From Hemiscyllium ocellatum (taxonomy: Eukaryota): DNA of 64,000 bases. Location of the stretch: assembly GCF_020745735.1 (NCBI RefSeq), contig NC_083418.1, forward strand, positions 49,679,776-49,743,775, given 5' to 3'. Under the pieces are notes generated by a model, which searched no databases, was not told where the DNA came from, and saw only the letters and a list, made by a program, of their open reading frames with translations. Shown piece by piece: positions 48,345 to 60,955 of the stretch (positions are counted from its first letter, which is position 1; each line of letters opens with the position of its first letter). Made by a program: the position numbers and the translations under genes.

Positions 48345-48620
48345 GGGTGATGTGATGGCACAGTGGTTAGCATTGCTGCCTCACAGTCCCAAGACCTCCG
48401 GTTTGATTCCAGTCTTGGGTGACTGCCTGTGTGGAGTTTGCCCCATGCTCTCTCTATCTGAGTGGGTTCCCTCTGGGTGCTCTGGTTTCTGCCTACAGTC
48501 CAGAGATGTTCAGGGTAGTTGGATTGGCTATGACGTAAGTGGGATTGTCTGGATGGGATGTTCTTCAGAGGGTCGATGCAGACTCAATGGGTCAAATGGC
48601 CACTTTCTACACAATAGAGA
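48345..48620 (+). mobile_element. HE1-type SINE (older)
   Basis: tggcacagtggttagcattgctgcctcacag head. Confidence 0.7.
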
Positions 48621-49339
48621 TTATTTGATACTATGGTGGTAGTGGGAGAGCTGTGCAGCACAGAACAATGAAGCTTATCGGGTTGCATGGGCATGGAGAT
48701 TTCACTGTCCCCATGAGGGGTCTCAATCCTCTCTAGATGTTGTGAAGATCATCCCTTCATAGGAAGCAATAAGTCAAACATTACCACCCTTTTATCCTCA
48801 AATCCTGCTGTGAAACATTCCATTTCAATGTTTTCAGTGTGTTAATAAGGCCATCTCTTTTTCTCCTAAACTCCAATGAGTACATACCCAACCTTCTCAA
48901 TCTCACCTCAGAGAATATTCTCTCTATATCCAGGATCAACCAAGTGAACCTTCTCTGGATTGCTCCAATGCCTATTTCCTTAGATAAGGAGACCAAAACT
49001 ATTCACAATGATCAAGGTTTAGTCTAACTATTACCTTGGATAATTTTAGCAAGACTTCTGCCATGAAGATTGATTTATTTATTCAATTCCTTTGCAATTT
49101 TCTGGTTCTCCATTATTATTTTCTCAGCCTTATTCCCTTAGAATATGTGTGTTCACTTTGGTCTCGTTCTTCCTTTGTATAGATTTATAGTGTTAAAGAA
49201 GTGCAAGTTTAGCTTCAAGGTTATTTTCTCTGTGTATTTTATTTGTTATGGACTAGGCCAGACCATTCAAAACATTCTTAAGCTGGCAGCTCAGACCACA
49301 ACTGCAGTTTGTTTCGATAAGTGTATAGTGAAAATTGCC

Positions 49340-49858
49340 TAGGTTAAGTTAGAGAGGTTGGCTATCAGGTTTAAAACAGACAAAAACATTACACAATGAA
49401 ACACGAAGAAAAGAATAAAGAACCCCTACAGAACTCAGTCTATCCAAACTAGATTTAAGTATGCTATTCTGAATATACACAACAGTCCCAATAAGCAACC
49501 CCCCTTTAAAATACAGTACAAAAAAGGGTCAGATGCTTACAGGTTGAAGTTAGACAGGCAGAAAAGAGAGTTTCCACACAGCTCACTGTTGAACTCCCAA
49601 CCAATGCTGGACTGAACTGAACTGCTCAGCTCAGCTAGAGAGCTGACCACTCCACTTTCATTATACAGGTCACCTCTAAAACTTTGGTCTGAAGTCTCAT
49701 CTGTTTACATATAAACAAAATGTCCTCTCAATACCCTTTAAGCTCTGTACCAAACCAGACTGATTGGAGCCCGGCCTGTTTTGGAAAAAAAACAAGGACA
49801 GAATATCCTTGAACCAAGGAACAGCTTTCAGACAACAAAAGGGACTAGCTTTGTGACA
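49340..49858 (-). mobile_element. Possible LTR fragment
   Basis: Minus strand starts TGTCACAAAGCTAGTCCC; non-coding, with LTR-like composition. Confidence 0.3.
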
Positions 49859-50929
49859 TATTTTGGGCATTTTTTGTTATTTTTTAAAATGTTCCCAATC
49901 CTCTGGTTTACCACGAATCTTTGCCATGTTGTACATATTTATTTGCTTTTAATTTTGTACTAGCCTTACCTTCCCTCATTAACCATGATTGACTTATCCC
50001 CTTTCCAGAATCCTTCTTACTCATTGGGATATATCTTTGCTGTGAATTATTTTCTTTAACATCTGTCATTTTTCCTCAACCCTCAAAAGGAAGAAGAAGG
50101 CTTATGTTAGGATGAGATACGAAGGCTCAGTTAAGGGGCTTGAGAGTAAGCTAGGAAAGACCTAAGGAGAGAACTAAGAAGAGCCAGGAGGGGACATGAG
50201 AAGTCATTGGTGGATAGGAGCAAGGAAAATCCTAAGGCTTTCTATTAGTATATCAGGAATTAAAGAATGACTAGAGTAAGATTAGAAAAAAGTGAGGACT
50301 GCAGATACCTTAGATCAGTCAAGAGTGTGGTGCTGGAAAAGCATAGCAGGTCGGGCAGCATCCGAGGAGCAGGAGATTTGATATTTCAGGCAAAAGCCCT
50401 TAATGAGTAATGATTACGGCCAATCAAGGACAATAGTGGAAAGTTGGGCATGGAGTCAGAGGAGATAGGGAAAGCGCTAAATGAATATTTTTCATTCATA
50501 CTCACACTAGAAAAAGATAATGTTGTCAAGGAGAACTCAGATACAATCTACTGGACTAGATATGATTGAGAGTCAGAAGTATGTTGCTGGAAAAGCACAG
50601 CAGGTCAGGCAGCATCCGAGGAGCAGGAGAATCGACATTTCAGATATATGTTTTTCATTAGGAATGAGGCACGTGGGTGGGGGTGGGGAGCTGAGAGATA
50701 AATGGGAGGGGGTTGAGAGCAAGGTAGCTGAGAATGCAATAGGTAGAGGAAGATGAGGGAGAAGATGATAGATCAGAGAGGAGGGTGGAGCAGATAGATG
50801 AGATAGGTGGTAGACCATCCCTCCTCAAATTAATTAAAATCTCTGTCTAAAGAACTTTTCTTTTTGTGGTTATAGTCATGTATCTTCTCCTGGGAAATGC
50901 TAACATTTGCTCTGTCATGAATACAATAA

Positions 50930-51240
50930 TGGGTGGCACGGTGGCTCAGTGGTTACCACTGCTGCATCACAGCACCAGGGTCCCAGAGCTGATTCCAGCC
51001 TCGGGTGACTGTCTGTGTGGAGTTTGCACATTCTCCCCGTGTCTGCATGGGGGTGCTCCGGTTTCCTTCCACAGTCCAAAGATGTGCAGTTCAGGTGAAT
51101 TGGCCATGTTAAATTGCCCATAGTGTTAGGTGCATTAGTCAGAGGGAAATATGTCTGAGTGGGTTACTCTTCAGAGGGTCGGTGGGGTCTTGTTGGGCCA
51201 AAGGGCCTGTTTCCAACTGTAGAGAATCTAATCTAATCTA
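50930..51240 (+). mobile_element. HE1-type SINE
   Basis: Typical head and an (AATCT)n tail. Confidence 0.8.
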
Positions 51241-51287
51241 AAATACTTGCCACTTCCTAAGGTGAATATGAACTGAAATACAGATTT

Positions 51288-53728
51288 AAAAATCACACAA
51301 CAACAGGTTATAGTCCAACAAGTTTATTTGGAAGCGCTAGCTTTCAGAGAACTGCTCCTTCATCAGGTGGTTGAGGAGAATAATATTGTAAGACACAGAA
51401 TTTATAGCAAAGGTTTACAGTGTGATGTAGCTAAAATTACATATATTGAAAAAGACCTGGATTGTTGTTCAGTCTCTCGTCTTTTAGAATGACCATGTTA
51501 GTTTCAGTTCTTTCATATGTAAATCACAAAACGTTTTTTAAAAGTTACATTCTCAAGTGAACTTTAACAATTGGTGTCATGTCAGCCCAGGTAAGGTATT
51601 GAAAGTGTTAGCTTCCCTGTGTGAGGCTGTCTGTGGCCACAATGGTCAGACTGATTCTAATCTTAAAAAACTGACTTACAGAATCTTACATGGATTCATG
51701 CAGTTTTTGAGCAAAGTAAGATGTGATTCTGCAAGTACAAATTCACCCTACAAACATATATGTGGGGCTGTATGTGTGTGTTTCGGGGAGGTGGGTGGTT
51801 GGGGATGGGTTATGAGTGTCTGTGAGAGAGAGTGTGTATGTGTGTGAGTGTAAAGAGGTATAAGTCTGTGAGAGGTTGTATGGGAGTGTATGTGCCGGCG
51901 TATGAGAGAAGGTCTGCGTGAGTGTGTGTATGTGTAGGAGTAGGAGTGTGTCCGTCTGTCTGCGTGTGTGTTTGTACAATGGGGTCTTTTGTAGTGCGAC
52001 ATGAACCCAAGGTCCCAGTTGAGGCCATCCCTATGGGTACTGAATTTTTCTATCAGCCTCTGCTTTACCACTTTTCATTGCCTGTCCTGAAGTCTACCTT
52101 GGAGGACAGTCATCCGTCAGTCCGAGGTCGAATGTCCTGGACCGCTGAAGTGTTCTCCAATTGGGAGGGAACACTCCTGTCTGTTGATTGTTGTGCGGTG
52201 CCCATTCATCTGTTGCCATAGCCTCTGCTTGGTCTTGCCAATGTACCATGCCTTAGGGCATCCTTGCCTGCAGCATAAGAGATACATAATGCATGAGTAC
52301 CTGCCACATACACGATGGGAGGTGTCCTCACGCATAATGGTGGTATCCATGTCGAAATTCTGACACGTCTTGCAGAAGTAGACATGTGGGGAAGGTCTTG
52401 GCGAGGTGCACATCCTCATTAATAATGTGTTGCAAGCTGCGAAGAACATGGCATAGTTTTTTCAGCTCCTGGGAAATACTGGACAACGAAGGGTACCCTG
52501 TTGGTTACAACTCGTGTCTGTCTCCTGAGGAGGTCATTGTGGTTCCTTGCTGTGGTATGTTGGAACTGGCAGTCGATGAGTTGAGCAACACGTTATCAAT
52601 GAGGATGAGCACTTCGCCAAGACTATCCCCACACCTCCACTTTTTGCCTTTAAACAGCCACCAAACCTCAAACAGTTCATTGCTTGTAGCAAACTGTCCG
52701 GCTTTCAGGACAATACCATACAACCTTGTCACGGTAGATGCTGCAAGATGTGTCAGAATGTTGACACGGATACCACCATTATACATGGGGACACCTCCCA
52801 TGTGGTACTCATGTGATTCAGCCAACATTGTCTATCTCATATTCTGCAAGCAAGGATGCCTTAAGGCATGGTACATTGGCGAAACCAATCAACAGACAGG
52901 AGTGTTCCCTCCCCATCGGACCTAAGGGTGACTGTCTTCCAAGGCGACCTTCAGGACAGGCAACAACAAAATGTGGCAGAACAGAGGCTGATAGCCAAGT
53001 TGGGTACCCATGGGGATAGCCTCAACCGGGACCTTGGGTTCATGTCACAATACAGGTGACCCCATTGCACTATACACACACACACACACAGATGGACATA
53101 CACATACTCCTACAGACCCTCTCTCATATGCTCACACATACACTCCCACACACACCCTCTCACAGATTTACACCCTTTTATACTTACACTCACACACATA
53201 CACACTCTCTCACAGACGCTCATTATTCCACCCCCCCCCCAACACACACATACACATATATATGTATGTGGAGTGAATTTGTAGGTGCAGAAATACATTT
53301 TGCTTTGCTCAAAAACTGCATGAATCCATGTAAGATTCCGTAAATCTGTTTTTTAGATTGGAATCAGTCTGACCATTGTGGCACAGACAGCCTCACACAG
53401 GGAAGCTAACACCTTCAATACATTATCTGGGCCAACATGACACCAATTGTTAAAGTTCACTTGAGAATGTAATATTTAAAACAAAAGTTTTGTGATTTAC
53501 ATATGAAAGAAATGAAACCAACATGGTCATTCTCAAAGATTAGTGACTGAACAAACAATCCAGGTCTTTTTCAATATATAATTTCAGTTACACCACACTG
53601 TAAACGTTTGCTATAAATTCTATCTTACAATCTTATTCTCCACAACCACCTGATGAAGGAGCAGCACTCCGAAAGCTAGTGTTTCCAGATAAACCTGTTG
53701 GACTATAATCTAGTGTTATGTGATTTTT
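51288..53728. mobile_element. Large head-to-head inverted pair of Penelope (GIY-YIG) 3' segments
   Basis: 51288-52580 (minus) mirrors about 52581-53728 (plus). GIY-YIG motifs YLLCCRQGCPKAWYIG (minus) and VYLIFCKQGCLKAWYIGET (plus). (GT)n/(CA)n tracts. Hammerhead cac-CTGATGA-aGGAG-cagca-CTCC-GAAA-GCTA-gtg at 53647-53681. Confidence 0.88.
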
Positions 53729-54039
53729 AAGTTTGTACACCCTTGTCCTACACCAGAGTGTCCAAATCATGAAATACAGATGATCAAATAGAATGGGGCA
53801 ATGTAGGTTCGAAGAACATTTATGCCCCAACCAGAACAACCGAAAAACATAGATGTCATTTTCATTTAATAGATTTAATTTCAGCAGCTGTACCCAACAG
53901 TAGTTTTAATGAGCCTGCACATTTCCTTATTAAAAGAAATGGTTGTACACAATGATTCATTCATGTGAGTGCTTAGGGCTGGATCCATCTTCACCAAGTG
54001 GACTCCTCAATCGCTGCACCCTCCAGCGGTGAACGTTGA

Positions 54040-54110
54040 GCGCTCAGCTCCGCCCAATCCCCGCCGTAATTCGGTGAAAGTGAAACTCGGGCGGAACGGA
54101 AGCTGCTGGT
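54040..54110 (+). promoter_or_regulatory. CpG-rich TATA-less promoter of gene 2 with GC boxes, CCAAT, ISRE/IRF site and tandem ETS cores
   Basis: CTCCGCCC 54048-55, CCAAT 54054-58, GAAAGTGAAACT 54076-87 (AGTTTCACTTTC on the minus strand), GGGCGG 54089-94, CGGAA-CGGAAG 54092-54102. Lies about 70-130 nt upstream of the ATG in a locally CpG-rich patch. Confidence 0.75.
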
Positions 54111-54173
54111 TCGTGTTGTTGGGTTTACAACGAGAGAGATTCGGGCCCGGGTTAGTGAAGACAGAGAGACACC

Positions 54174-54246
54174 ATGAGCCGGGTGAGGAGCTCGCTGCCG
54201 CCGCTGGTCCCGGTGTTCGTGCTGCTGACTCTGGTACCGCTCTCAG
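54174..54246 (+). CDS. NCR3LG1-like: Gene 2 exon 1, signal peptide MSRVRSSLPPLVPVFVLLTLVPLS
   Basis: Kozak-like acaccATGa, basic n-region, hydrophobic h-region, donor GTaaag 54247, phase 1 matching the V exon. Confidence 0.85.
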
Positions 54247-54810
54247 GTAAAGGTCGGGGATAGGAGGAGCGGCCGTTCGGCCAACTTCTGGAGGGCTTGG
54301 CGCAAAGGTTCAGGCTTTTTGTACTTTGGATTTTCCCGGGTGGTAAAATAGGCGACACACACTTCCTTTCTAAGGTCTCCGATTAATGTTTTTTTTAAAT
54401 TGGGGTGTAAAGCTTAAATTCTTCCTCAAGCTGGAGAAACTCAGAAATTGACCATCTGTAGAGGCCCAGTGATCTTTCTGCAGAACTTCTGCGTTTTAAT
54501 TATACCTTTTTAAAAACTTTCTTTACGAATATAACATTGGTTTGAATAACGTGTTTCAAGAATATATGTGGCAGGCTGTTTGACAGCTGGCTTTTGACCT
54601 CTGGGTCAATAGGATCTTGGTCTCCCTCCACAGCTGCCAATCTGAGGTCCACAGGTTCAGACCCAGCACCATCAACTAAATGAGCACAGCCTGCTTTTAA
54701 TACAGGACAGTGAATCACTGGAAAACACAAGAGGACCATGGAGTCTGCACCAAAGACAGGCTATTTTAAGTCTACTAGGCAAAAGTGCAGATGCTGGAAA
54801 TCAGAGTCTA

Positions 54811-54945
54811 GATTCGTGGTGCTGGAAAAGCACAGCATCCGAGGAGCAGGAAAATTGATGTTTCGGGCTTTTGCCCCAATACATCTGTTTCCCTGCTCCT
54901 TGAATGCTGCCTGACCTGCTGTGCTTTTCGAGCACCACTCTAATC
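54811..54945. repeat. Fold-back Penelope-pLTR mini-element in gene 2 intron 1
   Basis: gtggtgctggaaaagcacagc... pairs with ...gctgtgcttttcgagcaccac; same family as 20718. Confidence 0.7.
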
Positions 54946-55019
54946 CATAATCTATATCTACACCAGTTCCCCCTTGCTAACATATGGCCCCTAGCCTTCA
55001 ATGTTATGACATTTCAAAC

Positions 55020-55821
55020 TTAAAAAATCTCACAACACCAGGTTATAGTTCACCAGGTTTATTTGGAAGCACTAGCTTTCGGAGAGCTGCTCCTTCAGGT
55101 GGTTGTGGAGTATAAGACTGTAAGACACAGAATTTATAGCAAAAGTTTACAGTGTGATGTAACTGACTTTATATATTGAAAACAACCTGGATTGTTTAAG
55201 TCTCTCATCTTTTAGATTGACCATGTTGACTTCAGTTCATTCATGTGTAAATTCCAGAACTTTTTTAAAGTTACATTCTCAAGTGAACTTTACCAATAGA
55301 TGCCATATCAGCTCAGACAATGCAGTGAAGGTGTGAGGTGCCCTGTGTGAGGCCGTCTGTGCCCCAGACTGATTCTAATCTAATAAAGGGATTTAAAGAA
55401 TCTCACATGCAGTTTTTGAGCAAAATAAAATTTAATTCTCCAAGTACGAATTCATCCCACAAACGTGTGTGTGTATGGAATGGTGTGTGTGTCTGTGAGA
55501 GTGTATGTGTGTTAGTGTGAGTATAAAGAGGTTGTAAGTCTATGAGAGGGTGAGTGTGGGTGTGTGTAAGTGTGAGCGAGAGCTTGTTACAAGAGAGGGT
55601 CTATGTGTGTCTATAGATCTATAGAAGCATGTGCGATAAAGATTTGTAGTGCAGTGGGGTCACCTGTAGTGTGACATGAACCCAGGGTCCCGGTTGAGGC
55701 CAAACAGAGCCTGATAGCTAAGTTCAGTACCCACGGAGATGGCCTCAACTGGGACCTTGTTTGATGTCACACTACAGGTAACCCTACCGCATCTCTGTCT
55801 CTCTCTTTCTGTGTCTCTGTC

Positions 55822-55859
<38 letters not shown>

Positions 55860-56430
55860 ACCCCACACTCTCACATGCACCGTCTCACAGACATTCATAT
55901 TCCCCCGCCAACCCCCCCCATCACACACACGGTTGTGGAGTGAATTTGTACCTGCACATTTCCATTTGTTTTTGCTCAAAAACGGCATGAATCCATGTAA
56001 GATTCTGTAAATCAGTTTTTTAGAAATAGAATCAGTCTGAACATGGGTGCACAGACAGCCTCATACCTTCAAGGCATGATCTGAACTGACATGACACCTT
56101 TTGTTAAAGTTCACTTGAGAATATAACTTTAAAAAAAGTTCTGGAATTTGCATATGAAAGAACTGAAACCAACATGTTCAATCTAAAAGGTGAGAGACCT
56201 AACTGATGATGAGAAACTTAAAGAATTCAGGTCTTTTTCAATGTATAATTTCAGTTGCATCACACTGTAAACTTTTGCTATAAATTCTGTGTTTTATGAT
56301 CTTATTCTTCACAACCACCTGATGAAGGAACAGCGCTCTGAAAGTTAGTGCTTCCAACTAAACCTGTCGGACAATAATCTGGTGTTGTGATTTTCGACTT
56401 TGTACACCCCAGGCCAACACTGGCACCTCC
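55020..56430. mobile_element. Second head-to-head inverted pair of Penelope 3' segments, same family as 51288-53728
   Basis: 55020-55700 mirrors about 55701-56400. (CT)n tract at 55795-55860. CTGATGA...GAAA at 56319-56343. Confidence 0.85.
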
Positions 56431-58087
56431 AAATCATGATGGTTCAGGTGCTCATCCATGAACCTTCTTAAAGGTAATGAGGCTTCCCACTTCAACTGCC
56501 CTCCTGTGCAGTGCAGTCCACCACCCTCATGGTGAGAGAAAATGTCTCAAACCCCCTCTAAACCTCCTTCCTTTCATTTTAAACTCACACCCTGTTATTA
56601 TTGACTGTTTAATTAAGGGAATGGCTGCTTTCTATTCACCCTGTCCTTGCCCAATGTAATCTTGCATACCTCACTCGGGATCCACTTTCACCCTTCCCTG
56701 CTCCAATGGAAACAACCTGAGTTCATCCAGCCTCTCCATTGCTAAACATCATGAAAATGCAAGGCAACCAATATAATGAATTGTCTGAATATCTTGTGTC
56801 TATTACTTGTTTTCTTTCCTGTTAATTTTATCTTCAACCTATGTGTTGACTGATTGTGGAAACTCCCAGTTTCAACAGTCATGTACTGTGTTGGTAATGT
56901 TACAATGCCAAATGGGTAAAACTTTCACTAAGTGCTGCTTTGTCACAATGCACCATTTTGGAACATGGAAATAGGGAAAGGAGCTATCCTTCATATTTTA
57001 GCAGCTGGCATGTTTATGTTTTATAGTTATATATTTGTTGCTAGTATTCTTTTCTCAAAATGGTTATGAAAATGATTACATCTGTCCAACTTGGCCCCGG
57101 AGATATTCGAGGATTTATCCTTGGTCTAACCTTATTTTCAACTATACGGTGTTTGGGTGATATAGAATGAAGACATACTATCTTTGCCTACATGTACACC
57201 ACTGACACCCAGCTCTTTTCAAACTCTGCCACTCTCAGCTTGCTTGTCTGACATTCAGTTCAGTCAAAACACAGGTTGCAATTTCTTTAAACTGAAAATC
57301 ACTAAGCCACTGCTTCTACCACAGTATATCTTAGTTGGATTCTCTCTAATGCCCTTGTCTCAGTTTGAGCCATCTTATTCACAACTGCAATGTCCTGTTT
57401 GACCCCATGTTGAAATTCTGACCTCATTTTCTCTTCATGTCAAAGACAGTCTCCTTCCACATTTTTATCTGTACTTTGTTTTAAATATTTATTGTTGAGA
57501 TGTGGGCATATCTGGCCAGGCCAAAGTTATTTGCCTATCCTTAAATGCCCAGGGAGCACTGGAGAGTTGCTGTGGGTCTGGAGTTGCATGTCGGCTGGAG
57601 CAGGCAAAAATAGCAGTCTTCTTCCTTAAACAACATTAATAAGCCAGAGTTGTTTTTTTTAAACAATTATCATCAGTGTTGCATTTTGTTGTTAAGCTAT
57701 TTTAAATTTTTATTTATTGAATTCAGATTGGACTGTCTGCACTATTGAAGTTGAACCCTTTTCCCCAGAACTGTGGTTTTGGGTTACGCGTCCAGTGACA
57801 TTAGCAAATACCTCATAGGGCCTCATTTTGTTATGAAAACCCTTGTACAATCTTTTGACATCTCCTGTTTTGCCTGAGTGTTAAGTTTTTAGTGTCTTTT
57901 CTGCAATGCTTGGTGCGTTATCGTTGAATGTGTTCAATAATTCCATCAACATCCTGCATTTATAGAAATGACAGAACACTTTGGTAGATACAAGACTTAA
58001 TGTTCATTTTGTAGTGATAGCATCTTTATCAAAGTAGTTGGGCTGTTGGATGAATTATATATACTATCTTAATCTTGATTATTCCAG

Positions 58088-58450
58088 AACAAGGTGACCT
58101 AATTGTGTCGATGAACTCAGGAACTGTGAAAGCCACTGTAAATAAAGATATTGTTCTGAAGTGCCAAGTTTCTGGCTACAGTCAAGATCTTGACCTTAAA
58201 AGCATGGGAGTTCAGTGGTTCTACCAAAAATCTGGTTCTCCAGATTCACAGAGACGAGAGATATATCAATTTGTTGGAGGCAAACATACACCATACAGAG
58301 AAGGAGCTAGAATTATTGACGCTCAGTTGAAGAAAGGAATTGCTTCCCTTTTTCTTCCAAGAGTCCAGTTTGATGATGAAGGAGATTACACTTGCGTTGT
58401 TTTTATAACCCCAGACAATGGAAGTGGAAAATCTTCAATGACTGTTTCAG
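58088..58450 (+). CDS. NCR3LG1: Gene 2 V-set Ig exon of B7-H6 type, EQGDLIVSM...VLKCQVSGY...SMGVQWF...YREGA...GIASLFLPRVQFDDEGDYTCVVFITPDNGSGKSSMTVS
   Basis: Acceptor ttattccAG 58086-87, donor GTaaga 58451, 363 nt, phase 1-1. Motifs match human B7-H6 V as I recall it (DLKVEM, SMGITW, RPGA, GDASLRLP, CEVVVTP). Confidence 0.9.
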
Positions 58451-58994
58451 GTAAGACTCACTATCTGATTCTTATTATCTGCTGAATTGTGACTGCGTAA
58501 AGTTTAAAATGGGTCAGGTGAACGCAGTCAATACCACCTGCATGCAACTGTCCATACGTGTAGCAAATCGGCCACCATCGTGACATATTAATGCAGTTCT
58601 TTTTTTTGAGCCATCAATCCTGAGCTTTGATAAAGTTGTAATTACGGGTATGAGCATGTTTGGTGCTTGCTAGATCATAATGTGTCATCTGCCCCCAACT
58701 GAGCAAAGAAGGAATTCAATTGTTGCTGCTTCACAGGAATTAGAAATGAGTTAGACTATGTTACTACTAGGCTGAAATTCCATGCCAGTCAGGCCATGAT
58801 ATGTAAGTCAGAATATTGTTATGATGTTGGCTTCTAGTAACCTGAAAGCAGAAGGGCCACTTGCTCAATGAAGCAAGAAAAACATTGTTCCTTTAGTTAC
58901 CTTCTCCATCTCTGGTCTCTGCCTCTAGATGATGCATTTTGAGCCCTACGACCACCTTTTGTGATGCACTCTGAAAGAAAGGCAGTCAAAGAAC

Positions 58995-59950
58995 ACAAAT
59001 ATAAATGATTTGGATGTGAGCATAAGAGGTATAGTTAGTAAGTTTGCAGATGAAACCAAAATTGGAGGTGCAGTGGACAGGGAAGAAGGTCACCTCAGAT
59101 TACAACGGGATCTTGATCAGATGGGCCAATTGGCTGAGGAGTGACAGATGGAGTTTAATTTAGATAAATGTGAAGTGCTGCATTTTGGGAAAGCAAATCT
59201 TAGCAGGACTTATACACTTAATGGTAAAGTCCCAGGAAGTGTTGCTGAACAAAGAGACCTTGGAGTGCAGGTTCATAGCTCCTTGAAAGTGGAATCGCAG
59301 GTAGATAGGATAATGAAGAAGGTGTTTGGTATGCTTTCCTTTATTGGTCAGAGTATTGAGGACAGGAGTTGGGAGGCCATGTTGTGGCTGTACAGGACAT
59401 TGGTTACGCCACTGTTGGAATTTTGCATCCAATTCTGGTCTCCGTTTGGGAAAGATGTTGTTGAAACTTGAATGGGTTCAGAAAAGAGTTACAAGGATGT
59501 TGCCAGGGTCAGAGGATTTGAGCTGTAGGGAGAGGTTGAATAGGCTGGAGCATCAGAGGCTGAGGGGTGACCTTAGAGATTTATAAATTCATGAGGGGCA
59601 TGGATAGGATAAACAAACAGTCTCTTCCCCAGGGTGGTGGAGTCCAAAACTAGAGGACATAGGTTTAGGGTGAGAAGGGAAAGATATAAAAGAGATCTAA
59701 GGGGCAACTCTTCCCTGCACAGGGTAGTACGTGTATGGAATGAGCTGCCAGAGGAAGTGGTGGAGGCTAGTACAATTGCAACATTTTAAAAGGCATCTGG
59801 ATGGGTATATGAATAGGAAGGGTTTGGAGGGAAATAGGCTGGGTGCTAGCAGGTGGGACTAGATTGGGTTGGGATATCTGGTGAACATGGACGAGTTGGA
59901 CCGAAGGGTCTGTTTCCATGCTGTACGTCTCTATGACTATGACTCTATGA
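58995..59950 (+). mobile_element. CR1 LINE 3' fragment in the V-C1 intron of gene 2
   Basis: ORF 59148-59471 (MEFNLDKCEVLHFG...) and a (CTATGA)n tail. Confidence 0.92.
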
Positions 59951-60634
59951 CAAATACGTTTGTTCTCAAAATTGTTCTTGGAGAAGCTAGTGACAAGGGG
60001 ATGTGAACTAAAAACATAGTCATTTAGCAATTAGTTAGCTTTTTCAAAACAGTTCAGATGAATTACAGACAGCATAGCATGGCTAGCTATAAGGCTTGAA
60101 ATGTGCAGTTTTGGTAGCTGGAGCAACACTTGTATGTTCAGCCTTCATCTTATTAGCTCTGTAGACTGATTGAAAATAATGGGTGCTATTGGTCTAACAA
60201 CAGGTAAGATTGGAGGAGGTTGTCCATGAGATAAAAATACATCTTTGCAAAAGGCAGATGACAGCACAAGCAATACAAGTATTAGAACAGAATTAGTACA
60301 TAGATACTTTTTAATTCTAGTGTTCCACTATGTCTCCTAAAATATAATTTTAATAAAACATAGTTATCTCTTGAAAGTTGTACTTTATGGAACAGACTGG
60401 AGTGTCCAAAACATAATACTTCAGTTAACAGTCTGTTACCACCCTTTGAGAGTAGACACACCAGTGACAAAATTGTATGGGACTCTGAAGCAAAAAGTAC
60501 AAAAGGAGTTGTGAGGAAAGGAAATTTTGAACAACAGACATTTCAATCTGCGCAATCATTACATCAGCAAAAGGTGTGAACAGGTGAATATTCACATGAA
60601 ATACTAAACATTTGATCTGTATTGTTATTTGCAG

Positions 60635-60955
60635 CACTGCCAAAGGTAAGCTTATCTTCAACTGCGATCACAATTGAACATGGTACGGAGAAATCAGTGA
60701 AATGTGACAGTGTTGATTTCTATCCTGTCTCAGTTGAGATGGGTTGGATACAGAAAACAAAAAATGAGGAACGAATACTTTCACAACACATCTGCACAGG
60801 ATCCCCAGTTCAACATCAAAATGGAACCTATAGTGTTTCCAGCCGACTGAGATTGCGCCCCACCCTGGAAGACAATGGCAATATTTATATCTGCTATGTC
60901 AAACACCCATCGCTTAATAAAGACGTAAAATTGGAAGCCCAGCTGACTGTCAAAG
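60635..60955 (+). CDS. NCR3LG1: Gene 2 C1-set Ig exon, ALPKVSLSS...VKCDSVDFYPVSVEMGW...NGTYSVSSRLRL...YICYVKHPSL...QLTVK
   Basis: Acceptor ttatttgcAG 60633-34, donor GTatat 60956, 321 nt, phase 1-1. Paralogous to 9201-9518 (shared GTE(R/K)SVxC, CTG, SVSSR, PTLxDxG, LTVK). Confidence 0.92.

Noticed and set aside
51740-53300. His/Thr- and Val/Cys-rich ORFs
   Set aside because: Translations of (CA)n/(GT)n microsatellite tracts inside Penelope elements.
54174-60955. Rearranging antigen-receptor locus (RSS-flanked V)
   Set aside because: The V exon includes its own G strand, splices directly to C1, and I saw no heptamer/nonamer RSS at its 3' end.
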